NCBI GenBank assembly: GCA_013265495.1 | Contig: MU057781.1 | Span: 1-64,000 of the forward strand | Length of the DNA stretch: 64,000 bases | Source: Vicugna vicugna | Lineage: Eukaryota | Direction of reading: 5' to 3' | In this document: positions 24,939 through 38,500 of the stretch, piece by piece | Position numbering within the stretch: the first letter of the stretch is position 1 | Layout of the letters: each line of letters begins with the position of its first letter | Notes under the pieces: model-generated | The model's input: only the letters and a program-made list of their open reading frames with translations | Database searches by the model: none | Told to the model about the DNA's origin: nothing | Program-made: the position numbers and the translations under genes

Positions 24939-26740
24939 CACTGGCTCAGCTCCCGCATGGGGCCCAGCCACGGCGCCCAGGCGGCATCCGTACCTGCACT
25001 CACGGCTTCAGAGCGGCATCCAGCCTGCGTGAGCCCTCGGTGAGGAAGCCCCTCACTCCGACCCTCCATTATGCGCTCGGAGGTGGAGGTGGACCAGCAC
25101 CCAGGCCCCCCAGAGGTGCTGCACCTGGACTAGGCAGAAGCATGGGGGAGCCAACCCGGATGTCTCCCCTCCATCTGTCACCGGCATGGATGGATGGATA
25201 GAGTTTGTCACGACCTCAGAGAGGCCCTTGCCCACTCGCTGTCACTCTGAAGGGTGGTCTGGCCTGCAGGCTCTCTCCAGTGGCCAGCAGGCTGGTCCTA
25301 GCTGTTAAACGGGGCTTTGTGGAGCTGATGGCTAACAGGCCGAGCAGGGAGCCAGGCCTCGCGGGCTCCTGCGGTCCTCACTTCTCACGCACGTGCGTCT
25401 AGAGCCTGGACCGCACCTTCTTTCACGCACAGAGCCGACCGCGGCGCTCCTGGGCAGATGTGACCACCACCCAGAGACACGCCTCGGGCCACTTCCCTGT
25501 TGGCCTTGGGGAAGGAGCCACCCACTGGTCACCGAGCTGTAAACCCGGACCCCGCTCTACCGCACGGGCAGCGGGACTGCTGTGTTGTCTCTCAGGGTGA
25601 CAGCAGGGCCCCGGGCGACGAGCATCTCCAGAACCTGCAAGAACAATGCGCCCCACACCCGCCTGCTGCCGAGGTGGGCGTGCAGCGTGGCGCCGGGACT
25701 CTGGGTGGGGCTGCCCACTCCTGCCTCTACTCAGAGGCCCTTTGTGCGGTGGAGACCAGGTGCCCTAAACACCCGGGGACCCTCAGCAATGAGGTTGTCC
25801 TCTCAGGGCAGAACCAGCCGTGGAGCAGGCGCGGTGATGCCATTAGATCGACAGTGCATTCTCCGACGACCGCCCCACTCGTCCCGCGGAGCCCCCTGTC
25901 TAACAAGGCCTGGGGCCGCGGAGCTCCGTCTCTGCTTCAGCCCTGGCCCCGATCCCACCAGCCAATCAGCTCGTGTGAGACGGGAGCAGCGAGTTTGCCA
26001 GGAGGAGTCTGAGGGGCAGCTCTGGGACCCAGCCCTTCTCCCCGCTGCATCCGAGGGCCAGTGCCCAAGGTGGGCAGAGTGGATTTGCCGTGACGTCTAG
26101 CTGCGGGCAGCCCTGGCGGGATGTCTGGTCCAGCCAGAGGGACGCGAGGGCCCGTTCTGGAGGAAGCCAAGAGGGCAGTGTCTGGAGAACCCACCAGAGC
26201 AGCTCTTGTGAGAAAGAGGATGGGGACACAAGGACACGGCCTCATCCAAGAGACCGCAGCCACGGGAGCTCCCCAGAGCCGCCCACAGGACCTGGGACCG
26301 TCAGCCCCGCCCAGCAAGGGAGGACAGAGAAAAAGCAGAAACCCACCCCCCCCACTTCTAAGGAGGTGGCCCGTTTGGGTTGTGACCCTGGGCTCCGCTT
26401 TCTAATTGCTGGACTGAGCCCTGTGCTGTGGACAGAAACGAGCAGATGGCTTTTCACGACCTGAGCTCGAGCCAGAGCCACGTGGCCTGGGGTCCTTCCC
26501 AGTCTGCACGGGGGCCGTGCCAGGAGGAAGCGGCTGTGTCCTGTGCCAACATGGGGGCTCCGGGCAGGGGCTGCAGCCATCCTGCGTCACCAGACCCGCG
26601 AGTCAGCATCCTCTCAGCTTGTGCAATCACACGCGTTATAAACAAAAATGGGAGGGGAAACTGAGAACAGGGCCCCCTGCTCATCAGAACACTCTTCTCG
26701 GAGAGAGCCGTCTGCTTACACGTCGTCCCTCGTCACCCTG

Positions 26741-27958
26741 AGAAAATACATGCATTTTTTCTTGCCTTTAAAACCAGTTGAGCCTGGTAGAAATCAGCTC
26801 CACAAATCCAGCTCTAGGGACAAAGACACCGGCGGTGCGCACTGTGACTGCTTCTTTGAGAAGGAAGTCCTTCCTGGGGAATCACTTGAAAGCCCCTCGG
26901 GGCGCCACGGCCCCCCACTCGACTCCTGTGACAAACGCCTGGGCCCGGCCCTGCGCTCCGTCCTTACGAGCCGGCACTTTCTAATCGCACGGGTCCCACT
27001 GCCGCCTCGCTGTGTGGCTGAGCCCGGCGGCCCTGCGCTCCCGGGGTGGCTGGCATCTGGCCGTTCCGCCCTGGAAGTGCCGCGGGCCTCGGGCGGCTGC
27101 AGGGCCCTCTGACACGCGTAACTGCCCTGCACCCTGGGCCTCTCTGCAAACTCCGACGATGTTGTCATAAAGCGCCCCAGGGTGCCTGGAGGACTGGCTT
27201 ATGGAGGGACACCCACAAGCTGTGAGTCCCCGGGCGCCGAAGCGCTGGGAGCGCGCGGCACGTCTCCCCGCACAGCTCACCCCTCCATCAGGCCCGGCTC
27301 TCGGGTCTGGAGAGCTCTTAGCTGGCCTGCGGCCGATTTTCCTCCTGCAAGAAAATACATGCATTTTTTCTTGCCTTTTAAAACCAGTTGAGCCTGGTAG
27401 AAATCAGCTCCACAAATCCAGCTCTAGGGACAAAGACACCGGCGGTGCGCACTGTGACTGCTTCTTTGAGAAGGAAGTCCTTCCTGGGGAATCACTTGAA
27501 AGCCCCTCGGGGCGCCACGGCCCCCCACTCGACTCCTGTGACAAACGCCTGGGCCCGGCCCTGCGCTCCGTCCTTACGAGCCGGCACTTTCTAATCGCAC
27601 GGGTCCCACTGCCGCCTCGCTGTGTGGCTGAGCCCGGCGGCCCTGCGCTCCCGGGGTGGCTGGCATCTGGCCGTTCCGCCCTGGAAGTGCCGCGGGCCTC
27701 GGGCGGCTGCAGGGCCCTCTGACACGCGTAACTGCCCTGCACCCTGGGCCTCTCTGCAAACTCCGACGATGTTGTCATAAAGCGCCCCGGGGTGCCTGGA
27801 GGACTGGCTTATGGAGGGACACCCACAAGCTGTGAGTCCCCGGGCGCCGAAGCGCTGGGAGCGCGCGGCACGTCTCCCCGCACAGCTCACCCCTCCATCA
27901 GGCCCGGCTCTCGGGTCTGGAGAGCTCTTAGCTGGCCTGCGGCCGATTTTCCTCCTGC
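26741..27958. repeat. Direct tandem duplication: copy 1 26741-27348, copy 2 27350-27958
   Basis: Line-by-line comparison shows identity except a 1-nt T indel near the start and one A/G difference (27179 vs 27789). Identical ORFs recur 610 bp apart in the ORF track. Confidence 0.98.
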
Positions 27959-30900
27959 CAGGGCTGAGTAACAGGGGCCCGGGAAGGTGGCGTGGAGTCT
28001 GGAAGGGAAAAGGGGCCTGGGTGATGTGGATCAATCAGCTGACACGCACACATCTGCTGCGTGTCCGGAGTCCAGCACAGCCCTGGTGCTCGTGGGCAGA
28101 AGTGGGGGCAGAGGTGGGTGCAGCCGGACGGCGACTTCCCTCAGAAGGCTGTGGGAATCGGGGAGGGGAGGGGGTACACTGCAGCCCTTGGGAGGTGGCC
28201 GGTGGCAATAACTTGTCCCCTTGAACAAAGAGGACTGAAGACTGAGCTCCTTCTCACGGGCAAGGCTTAGCTGTGAAAACTCTCGGCCCAGCAATCAGCC
28301 AACCTTGCGTCCCTGAGAGAAGCATGAGGTGGGTGTGCTGCATCCTGATCTGAGGGCAGGGGTCCCGCCAGCTGTCCAGCATGTCACCCCAGGCCATGAT
28401 TCCCATCCAAACCGCCTGTCCTCTTAGCGTCGCAGAGCCGTGAAGACTCAAAGGAACCTGCTGTCTTCGGGTACCCAGGCTCAGACCGAAGACGGGTTCC
28501 TCGCGGCGGAGCTGGGTCAGCAGCCGTGCCCTGCGCTTCCGCAAAGGCTGCTTCTGCTGAATAAAGGACTAGGGTGTTTTTAAACATTTAAAAATCATTT
28601 TTTAATTATTAAAATGAAGAACCTTCACAGACAAGTCCAAATTATCTAATGTCTAATGGTCAAAAGTGATGAAAATTTGTCAGCGTCTTCTACTTCAAAG
28701 GGTGATTCTGAAATTCAGTCCCATTTGAATCCAATACATTCTGCCCTGTCTTGGTCCCAGTTTCCTCCTCTAAAAAGTTAACTCATCTCCTAAATTTCTT
28801 GCAACTCTAGGACTTTGAAAGTCAACAGGAGGCCTGGAATGCTTGGGGCACATCGCAGGGAAAAGAAGAGGCCAGCGGTGACCTTGGAGGGCCGGTGCGG
28901 ACAGTCTTCCGGTCTCCTCCTGGGGGGATGGAAGTGGATTAACCCCACGAAGAGGCAAGAGGCCCTTAGACTCTGGAAGCCAGCGGTGACCTCGCGTGGA
29001 GTTAGTGCAGGGTCTCCTCCGAGAATGAGGAGACGCCTGACCCACAGACCACCTGCGCCATGGGACCCTGACGGTGACTTCCTGGGGGTGCCGGTGAGGC
29101 TGGGGGGCACCAGGATGGCTTGAGGTCTCTGGTCGTTGCAGACCACTGGCCGTCACGGGAAGGTTTACAGAGCGATCCCACACCACTAACCCCGCACGCG
29201 CGCGGGCCTCAGCCCGCAGCAGGCTGGAAGCAGCAAACATCCGGGTGTCTGCGGGGGCGGCGCTTGGAAGCAGAGGTCTCCTCAGCGACTGGAGAGGCTG
29301 TGGGGGACGTGGGCTGCGAGGGGCAGCCCTGTCATCCTGGGCTCCGTCTTCCGGGGTCGCCACATCTAGCGACCCGTTTCCCTAGATGAATGTTCTCACC
29401 TCCAAGAACAAGTGACGCGCCGTCCACTTAGGGAAGTGCCTTACGGGGAATGATGAGCGGTGCTTTAATCTTGAATCCTGGCTCCTCGTAAGCACCATCT
29501 TAAAATAGTTCCTGCGACGCCCGGGCCAAATAGAAACCATCATCTCCCTTTACACGCAAGACGCCGAGACGAGGTGAGCCACTTTCCAGGTTGGAACATA
29601 AATCATAAGGGAAGGCGGAAATTATTTGCCAACTGAGCGGCACTGGGGTCCTTTGACAAATTTGATAATAAAATAAGAGGAAAATGAGTTTCTGCGTAAG
29701 ATAATGAAAATGGCACACGCTGTCAGTTGCGTATGGTTCTGAATGAGGCGGAGAAGGCGCTGATTTCCAGAATCCACGCTCTCCATAAAAACCAAAATAT
29801 CAAAAGGAGACTGGGCCCCGGGGACGTGGCCGAGCCCAGTGTTACTGCAGCCCAGGTGGTGCCCTAGCAGGGCCGCCGGCCCTGGAGGACCAGCGGACGC
29901 CGGAGAGACACGAACAGACGGCGGGGCCGAAGACAAGCAAACCGAGAGGACCAGACGGCAGGCAGCAGGGTGTTGAGCTGGTCTGTGGGGGGCGGGGAAG
30001 CCTGGTGGAGGGAGCCTGGAGCAGGGAGGTCGCTCCTGCCGTCCCCTGTCTCCTCAAGCTGCGCCACCGGGGAGACCCGGGGTCTCCCTGCTCAGAGATT
30101 GGAAGGGTGGTCAGCGTGGCCAGGCTGGGCTCACGGGGAGCTGTTCTCCCTGCCCTCCTCTCGGGCCCACGGGCTGGGTCTCCCGTCCTCTGGAGGCACC
30201 CACCACTTAGCGTGGCCGACGTGGCTGGGGACCTGGGGCTGTGAGTCAAAGTCCCCGGACACCTGGGGGCGCAGCTGCCCAGGCGTCATGATGATGCTGG
30301 GAGCGTCCGTACCAACACACCTCCCCGTCTCACTGGGGATGCAGCCTTGGCGCGCACAGCAGGCCCACAGCCAGCAACACAGACAGGACCCCGGCGGCTC
30401 GGGCGGTTTTCTCTGAGAGCCCCACACGGGGATAAAGGACAGACACTGGTCCGGCAGGGGCACCTCCGGGTGATGCTGTCAGGCCTGCTCAGGGGGCCAG
30501 CGCAGCAGCCGGCGTCCAGGACCTCAGGACACTGCGTGCTGGAGAGGGCGAGGGTCACAGGTCACTGATGGGCCCTGGGTCCCGCGCTCGGGCCCACCCG
30601 CGCACGCCCACTGTCCTGCTCCCTCAGCAGAGAAGTCCTTCTCGCCTTCACTGTAGCTGAAGCTCATTTTCAGGTAAACGGCGAATCGTTCCCGAGCCCT
30701 AAATTTTTCATGGGCAGCCATTTCACAGGGTTGACAAGCTGCAAACGGAATTCACCCCCTGCCAGTTTGTAACACCCTGGATCCCCCTTTCTGGAGCAAA
30801 GGGTTTCAAAACACTCACCCTAGAGGACGAGAGCTTGGCTTCCTCCACAAGGAAGGGTCACAGGACTGTGACGTGGGTCCACCCTGTAACGTGACCATCA

Positions 30901-31034
30901 CCCCACTCCCGCAGAGTGCCCGCACCGCATGTCACTTGTCCTCCCACCTCCATCCCCAGCCAAGATCCCCAGCCAGGGCTCCCCAGGGTCTGCTGCTGGC
31001 CTGATGGACTCCACAGTGTCCGGTGTCACCACTG

Positions 31035-31674
31035 TGATACAGGAGAAATGGAGCGTGAGAAGATGGTGGTGTCCCAGGTCCCAGGCAAGTCCCTGGGATG
31101 TGCCCTGCCAAGTGAGGGTCCTTGGCTTCATGCAGGGAAGAATTCAAGAGCGAGCCATGGTTGAGCAAAGGTAGATTTATTCAGAGATACACACGCCATA
31201 GACAGAGTGTGAGCCATCTCTGAAGGCAGAGAGAGCGACCAAGGCCTAGGAGACACACTCCGCAGCCAGAACGCGGGCCTTCTCAGCCAGAAGGGAGAGC
31301 GGTGGCCTCAGAGCGTGAAGTCAGCCTGGAAAATGAGACTGGCCACGAGGGGCGCGGTGGCTGGTTCTATGGGCTCGGTAACTTCACAGGCTAACAAGTG
31401 GGACGATTACTCCAACTGCTCCAGGGAAGGGGCGGGGCTTCCCAGGCCCCGGGCCACCGCCCCCCCCCCCAATTTGACCTCTCAGGGCCAGCCCGGGGGC
31501 TGTCCTGCCGCGTGGGAGGGCCAGTCGGCAGCCGTCGTGTTACAATGGGCGGATTCGGAAGCTCCATGTGGGGGCTGAATCTTCCGCCATCGGCGCCCGT
31601 GGCCGTGTCATTCCCTGAGTGGCTGTGCCCTGCCCCTCCCCCTGGTCAGCCCTGACCCCTCTCCTCCTGCATCA
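31035..31674 (-). mobile_element. Full-length ERV1-class solo LTR (640 bp)
   Basis: Terminal inverted repeat TGATACAGGAG...CTCCTGCATCA; 4-bp flanks actg/gctg (TSD with one mismatch); gaagaattcaagagcgagcc motif; minus-strand AATAAA at 31176-31181. Confidence 0.8.
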
Positions 31675-32742
31675 GCTGGACAGAACGGCTGTGGGTGATG
31701 GGTTATCCTCACCGGCCGTTATAAAACCTGAAGCCCCCCATCCTTTCGTGAAGGCGGGCTACGCAGGCTGACGGGGACCAATGTCAGAACGGAGACGCGG
31801 GACTCCGGCAGGCAACGCGGCGAGCTTTGGCGTGTCGGCGGTGACAGCACTGCTGCCCGTTTCCGGCGTGGACGCGGCGCACGGGGGACATCAGGGTGTG
31901 GGATGGAAACTGGGCCAGTGCAGCACTGGCCCAGAACGCTGCTCCAGACCCACCGGCACTGCAGCCCTGGGAGCAGGCCGTGTCCGCCGGGGCCAGAGGC
32001 GGCCGCACCCAGGCAGTGCGTGTCCGGCGGGTGATCCAGGCGGCCGGCTGCCCAGGCCACCCCCCGCCCCGACCTCAATACACACGTGCTCTGTGAATGA
32101 ACCGATGAACGAATGAAGGAGCTACAGGTGAGCCTTTTGCAATTTCAAAACATACATGCGAAGTTCATCCCAAAGTGGGTACAGCGCAGGCAAGAGAGAC
32201 ACGTTAAATGAGACAGCTTCCGTAAGGACACGTAGAAGATTCTGCGCACTCTGGCAGACGTGTACTAAGCCAGTTAAGGCCTTCCCCCAAACTCGGGCCA
32301 GGAGGCGGAGGGACAGTGATGGAGACAGCGGGGGACGGAGGAAGAGGTGGAGGCTGGAAGGGGGACGGAGAGAGATTCACGCAGACAGACTGCAAACCTC
32401 CTTTAAAAAACTCCCCTCTGGCTCAGGCAGAACGTGCCGCAGACGTGCAACATTCAGCCTTCTCCAGCGAGCACACACCCGCTCCGCGGTGCCAGGCTGA
32501 GTTACTTCTGCAGCCCCCCTTCAAGGCAGCGCGGGAGCCACGGCTGCTGAAGGAAGGAGAGCGCCCGCCATCACTCTGCCCCGCCCCTGGGATGCTGGGG
32601 AGCACACGCTGGTGATGTCTGTGCCTCCAACGTGGGTGTCACCAAAGTCACGGCTGGGCTTGTCACTGTGGCGCCCTGGTGACTGGAGCTGGCAGCAGGA
32701 GCGCAGGTGCCCACCCGCCTGAGAGGTGACGGTGCACCCAAT

Positions 32743-32827
32743 ACGCACAGCACCTGCACATGCGCGCGCACACACGGGCACACGCACAGCACCTGCACAC
32801 GCACACGGACACGCACACACGGGCACA
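32743..32827. repeat. CA/CG-rich degenerate two-unit minisatellite
   Basis: acgcacagcacctgcaca...cacacacgggcac occurs twice. Confidence 0.7.
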
Positions 32828-35267
32828 GAAGGCTACTATCTTGATGAGTTTTCAGCCGTCACAGAAGTTAAATTTGTTGTCCCGAGGTCCCCTGCGTAGT
32901 CAGGTTCTCCAGTCTACACCTGTCAGAAAAGACTGAGAGGAAGCAGACACGCATGGAGAAATGAGCGAGCAAAGTGTCAGCATGTGGCTTTTTCTAAAGG
33001 TGACACGAAAAATAAGCTGTCACCATTAAAAAAAAACCCAAAAACCTGTACTTGGCATTGCCTTCAGAGCATGGACAACACCTGGGAAAGCTGTCCTGCG
33101 ACGCATCATTTTCCCTCATCTGGTGGAAGCCTCCCTCCCCCGACTCCAAGGGCACTCGATGGCCTCCTCTGGCCTGGGCGTGAGGGGCAGGCTGTGTGCT
33201 GCACCCCACGTTCGACAAGCCCCCCAGGCCACCGACAGCTTCCACCTCCGGGCGGCCCCAAGCGGCAGGCCTGGGACAGACGCCGGCTGGTGAACAGGGG
33301 GGCCTGGAGGCCGCTCCCGGGACAGAAGTCCCCCTCGGTGCGCTGGCACGGCCCCCTGCCGCTGCTCCCCGCCTGTCTCCCGACGCCCCCCCGGAGCCGC
33401 CCTCCCACTCCTCGCCCCCAGCGGCAGCCGTCCAGCCCAGGGCCCCACCGCGGGTCGCGGTCTGCCTCCACTTCCCTCTTCCCTCCAGCAGTGGGGCCTG
33501 GCCCGCCGCCATTTGTATTTAACCAGCATCCTGGCTCCTGGACAGTTAGTAAGTCTCTGCCTTCCCTTTAGTCCCAAGGATATTTCGAGCTCCCTCGTGC
33601 CCCCCCTCAGAGCTCTAACGAACCGCTAGTCCCACAGGGGCCCGCAGTCACCGGGGAGGCTCTGACTGCAGGGTGGGGGTACTGGCAGGTTCAGAGTCCC
33701 CACATTCTCGTTTCTGTGCCTAGTGACAGCAGTGTGCCCCGAGGACAAAGGGCTCGCAACTGTTTCTTCACTTTTTGGTCAAAATCAGGCACCAGACACA
33801 GCCCTGCTCTAATGGGGCATGAGTGCCAGGGGCTGGGGGGGAAGAAAGGCTCTGAAGTCAGGGTGCGCCTTGGGCAGTCCGTGACCGTCCAACCCCGCGG
33901 CTGAGGCGCCTTGGCTGGGGCGGACTGGCCCCCGCGGAGCCGCACAGGTGACTACACACAGGGCTGTGGACAGAGGGTCCAAAGGTGGGTGGTGCTGGGA
34001 CAAGGCCGGGAGCACCTTATGGAGACAGAGCAGGTGTCAAGTCCCAGAGCCTAGACATCACGTCCTTAACACAACTCTGCCCCAGAAGCCGGGCAGGTGA
34101 CGGCAGGTGGGGCCAGAGCAGGGAGCCGGGGCCGGCCGCGGCCAGTGCGAGGCCAGCCGTCCCCTTCCCTCTGCGTGGGTGCCACAGGGAGCCGTGAAGG
34201 CAAAAACACGAGGACAGTGACGTGTGCCACCGTCGGTGTTGTCAACAGTGCTAACGCACGAGGTTGCATATGGTACCTTACACAGTGGTTCACACACATC
34301 ATCAAATGCTTAAACCCATTTTCACACTGAAGGTCTTTCCCAGGCTGCTGTCTTCTGTGACTGTCATTTCCTAGAAGCAAAGGCATCTCTGGAGGAGCCT
34401 GCAGCTCCCCTAGGAGCCTCATGACGATGCTAAAATTAAGTGTTAGCGCCTCAGAGCTCAAATATCCTATTTAACCCTTTAGTTCTCTTGCCTCGAGTAT
34501 TCACGGCTTCAGAGCGTAGAACATCCTCAAGGCACCTTTTAACATAACCTTCAGTTACACACGAAGAGAAGAGCGCGAATAAATACGTCCATGTTCTAAA
34601 TGACACCATTGCATTTTATCAGATCGGAACATTAACGCAAAAAGTGAGAAACTCGGTATTAAAGCAAGTGTCACATGAAAGGGAGATTTGAGAAACCTGT
34701 GTTTCTGGAGCAGGAATCACAGCTACTGTGTGACTTCCATTGTCAGCAGTGTCCATCGCCGCGAAGTGAAGGGCGCTGCGCGTCGCAGCCTTCAGGTTGG
34801 AAGCGGCTTTTCGGGGGGGATTCTCACCACGGGGAGCTTCAGGGCGCAGGCCAAGAAGGGCACAGCTCCCCACACACGCCGCCCCGAGGGAGCTGACGCA
34901 GCCGCCCCGAGTCTGGGGAATCTCGCTGCTCCCAGGTCCGTGTGGTTGAGATGAGCCCTCCGGTTCTCCGGCCGGGACTGGGTCCCCCCCGACGGTGGAG
35001 CCCTCTCCTGGAGGGGAGGCCGTGGTGGGGCTCAGCTAGGGACCCCTGCTCCCCTCCCCTGGTCTGGGACGCGCAGGAATCGGGGAGGATGGGCGGCAGC
35101 CACCGCACCCTGGGGGACCAGACGTGCTGGGCCCGCACGCAGGCTGGGCTTGGAAGCAGAGCCGGGAGCCTGCGCTCCACTCAGCTGCTTGCTAGGCTGA
35201 AGCCTGGGCCCGATCTCTTCTCTCCTTTGAGTTTCAGTTTTTCTGACCAAATGGAAAACATAATACC

Positions 35268-35560
35268 CCCGGCCGCCGTAACAAAATACCCTGGACGGGA
35301 CGGCTTCACAGCAGACGTTCGTCCTCCAGGCGGTTCTGGAGGCTGGCCGTCCAGATCAGGGGTCCTGGGGAAGGGTCTGCGTGTGGCAGAGATAGGCTGC
35401 CCTGGGCTGCTTCTGCCAAGGGTGCCCCTCCCAGTACGACAGCCCCACCCTTACATCCTCGTCTAAACCTCATCTCCTCCTACGGGCTCCGCCTCGGCAC
35501 CCTGACACAGTGAGGCTAGGGCTTCAGCAAACGGGTCTCCGGGGTGCAGGAACAGTGCCA
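35268..35560 (-). mobile_element. MaLR LTR (MLT1A/B-like), degraded
   Basis: ggccgccgtaacaaaatacc...ggttctggaggctgg...tccagatcagggg...tagggcttcagca. Confidence 0.65.
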
Positions 35561-38500
35561 GCAGCACATGGGAGATTCGGGCTGTGGACAGAGGTGCCGA
35601 GTATTCAGCGCTGGGTGCAGTCGGCCACGGCGGGTGCTCACGCAACGGGATCCAGCAGTCACCGGGGCAAAATCGTCCTAAACCAGCCTCGTCTCCTGCA
35701 CAGGGTCTGCCTGCAGCTGAGCAAGCAGAGAGGACCCCAGATGGGGTGTAGACGCAGGCTGGGCCCTGGGAGTCAGGGACAGGGGGGCTGGGGGGTTCCC
35801 TGAGCCCCCAGGTCCAGCTGTCTAATCTGCAAAACGCAGCCAGTTCCTCTAGCTGTTCTGAAATACTGTGGTAGCAATTACTCTATCATGAAAATTTTAA
35901 GGGAAGCATTTGACAGTTCTTTGCAAATACGATAGGAAAGACCATTCATTCTTCCCAAAGCATCATCGCTCATGTTAAGATGTAGCTGCAAATCAGGACA
36001 CAGGTGTCAAAGCCATCCTGACGCACAGTGAATCTCAGTGCATCTATGTTGCCGTGTGTGTGCGTTTCCAGGCTTTCAACCAAGCCAAGCTCCTAAATTC
36101 TAGATCCTTTGCCAGGCCCCTGAGTCTCCCATGTGAGTGGACACAGGGAGAAGGGCCTGAAGAATTTTCTCATGCCTCTTAAAAAAGTTCATCCTGCCCT
36201 GTCGTCATGTAGAAGCGAGGAGGGCACCAGGGAGGGCGCCTCAGCACAAAGACAGCCAGGTCCTGGGAGCTTCGTTGGACGGCTTCCTGTCCCCGGCATC
36301 CAGCGGGAGGCACCAGGAGGGCCTCCCTACGCATAGGATGCAAGAGGGACAAACGCCTCTTTTTAAAATTCTCTTAGGTATAAATCAAGATTTGTAATAA
36401 ATTTGAACCTAACTCATTTGCATAATTGAAATGAACAGATACCTACAAGGATGTATACCCGATGCTCAGAAGTGCCCTCGCGTTTCTTCTAAGTCTGCAG
36501 CAGTGAAAGAAGAGGTGATTTCCAGAGAACTGTGCAGACTGCTGCGTGTTGATGGCGGTGGGCCTTGGATTTATATACCCGCCGCTTAGCGTCTGCAGGC
36601 GGGTTATTCTCCAAAGAGCTCGTATTGAGTCCGCTCTGACTTTTGCAGACTAATCTATATGAAAATGCAGCCCTCGCCTAGCTGATTTATTTTCACATTT
36701 AGATGTAGTAAAATTAATAGCGCAGTTCTCATCTCGGTTGATGAAATTAACTCAGACCCTTTGTTCTTTTTTCTTTCCCTTTCTTTTCTTGAGCCAGCTT
36801 CTTCCAGTTATTGTCTTTATTTTCAGAAGGGAAGTTACTCCAGTCATTTGATACAAATGGCTTTAATTAGTTTAAGGCAAACATAACCTTTAACAAGAAA
36901 CACAGGCAGGGGACTGCTGGTCTGCGTGCCACGGGAGGAAAACCCGGGCCGTGCTCACCAGTTGACTTGGCACGGCAGCTGCTCAGTCCGATCTGGTTCG
37001 GCGTCAGAATAAACCACCCATCACCTAGAAGAATGACTCCTCTGCCGAGGCCATCAAACCGCCAGCACGTCCCCCCACACACACGTATTTGTATTACGAG
37101 GGCCGGTGCACCGAGTCATGGGGAGGGGGGCTGTCAGGTCTGTCTGTCCACCTGCTCCATCCCACGCAAGGCAGGTTGCTCTGGCTGCGAGCAGAGTAGT
37201 TTCAAAGGAGCTTGCCTTCTTAATAACTGTCTCTTTTAAAGGTATTAAAAATCAGAACCAGTCAACGCTGCGCTCACTGTGGAGCAGCCGGTAGGAAGAG
37301 CGCCGGAATTTCGGGAATAGTCAAGTGAAGGTTCTTACCTAGGTGTACCCCTCCCAGTTCTGTCGGGCTGGTCACCGTATGTGCCAGCCCTCCGCCACTA
37401 GGTTCCGAGTTTCTGGTGTGTACACCAGCACTCCTGCTGTAAATCGGACCTTGGAGCCCCCACGCCCTCAATGGCCCCTCGTCCTCCGCAGGTCCAGGAT
37501 GGAACCCAGTCCATCCCCTCCTCATCACGTCCTGTCTTCTAGGACTTCTGCTCTGAACCCCACCCCAGAACAAGCACAGGATGCTGTTTCACGTCCCTGC
37601 CGTGTCTGGAGCAACTTCCCAGGCCTCCCGCCAGGTGGGCTCAGGGCCCACCCGCTCTGGGACGCTGCCCATGGCTCCCCACGTGCAGGAGAGCACCCCT
37701 GCTCTGCCCTCCACTCTGTCCTCGTCTCGTCTCTTTTCAGACCATGCTTAGTCATCAGCTGACGCACCTCTCCTTCGTGGAAGATAAACTCACTAAGGGA
37801 GGGGCCGTGTCTTGGGCAGTCTTGTCTGCCGCGCCCCTGTACAGGCACCTGTGTTCCGCGGGGGTCAGCCAACCCCGTCCACCAAGGTGACCCCTACACC
37901 TGACCCTTGCTGCTCTCTGCACCTGGCTGGGCTGCGCGGTGGGCTTTTCCAACCCCCCACGCTCCCTGGGTTTGTGACTTTGCTGGAAGTTTCAGTGTCC
38001 TGGAATTTGCCTCCCTTTCTGCCTGACAAAGGAGAGCGTGCCGCCTTCCGCACCTGCCAAGCCTGCACTGGAAGTGGCGCCCGAGCAAAGACTGCACGTC
38101 CTTCTGTGCGTCAGCACACGTTACACACATTCCTGCTCATGCGTGTCACATTTACATGACCCATTTTCTGAAAACAGAAACCAAGCCTTTTAATCTTTTA
38201 ATCGACTTGAAATCAACTGTGTGATTGACACAAAACAGACGCTTAGGAAGTGTGGAACGGCTGACTAGCTGTACACAGGGGACGGGGAGAGACGAGGGGG
38301 CTTGTCCATCTCTTGTCAAACCAAGAGAAACAAATCAGCAAATAAACAAGACACAAGATCTGGCCAAGGCCGCTGGTGGGGGGGGGGTCTCCGTCCCTGA
38401 GCAAAGACCCCCACGCCAGTCGCCGAAGGATCCTACTACCACAGGGCCGGCCCCCAGCCACGCACGTTTCCAGACGCTCCGCATGGAAACGCAGGAATCG

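Noticed and set aside
24375..25201. His/Thr-rich and Cys/Val-rich ORFs
   Set aside because: Translations of the (TG)n tract.
33170..33520. CpG-island-like patch with GC boxes and a CGCCATTT motif (similar patches near 44720-44850, 50490-50730 and 55000-55140)
   Set aside because: The whole window is CpG-rich, so these cannot be called promoters from sequence alone.
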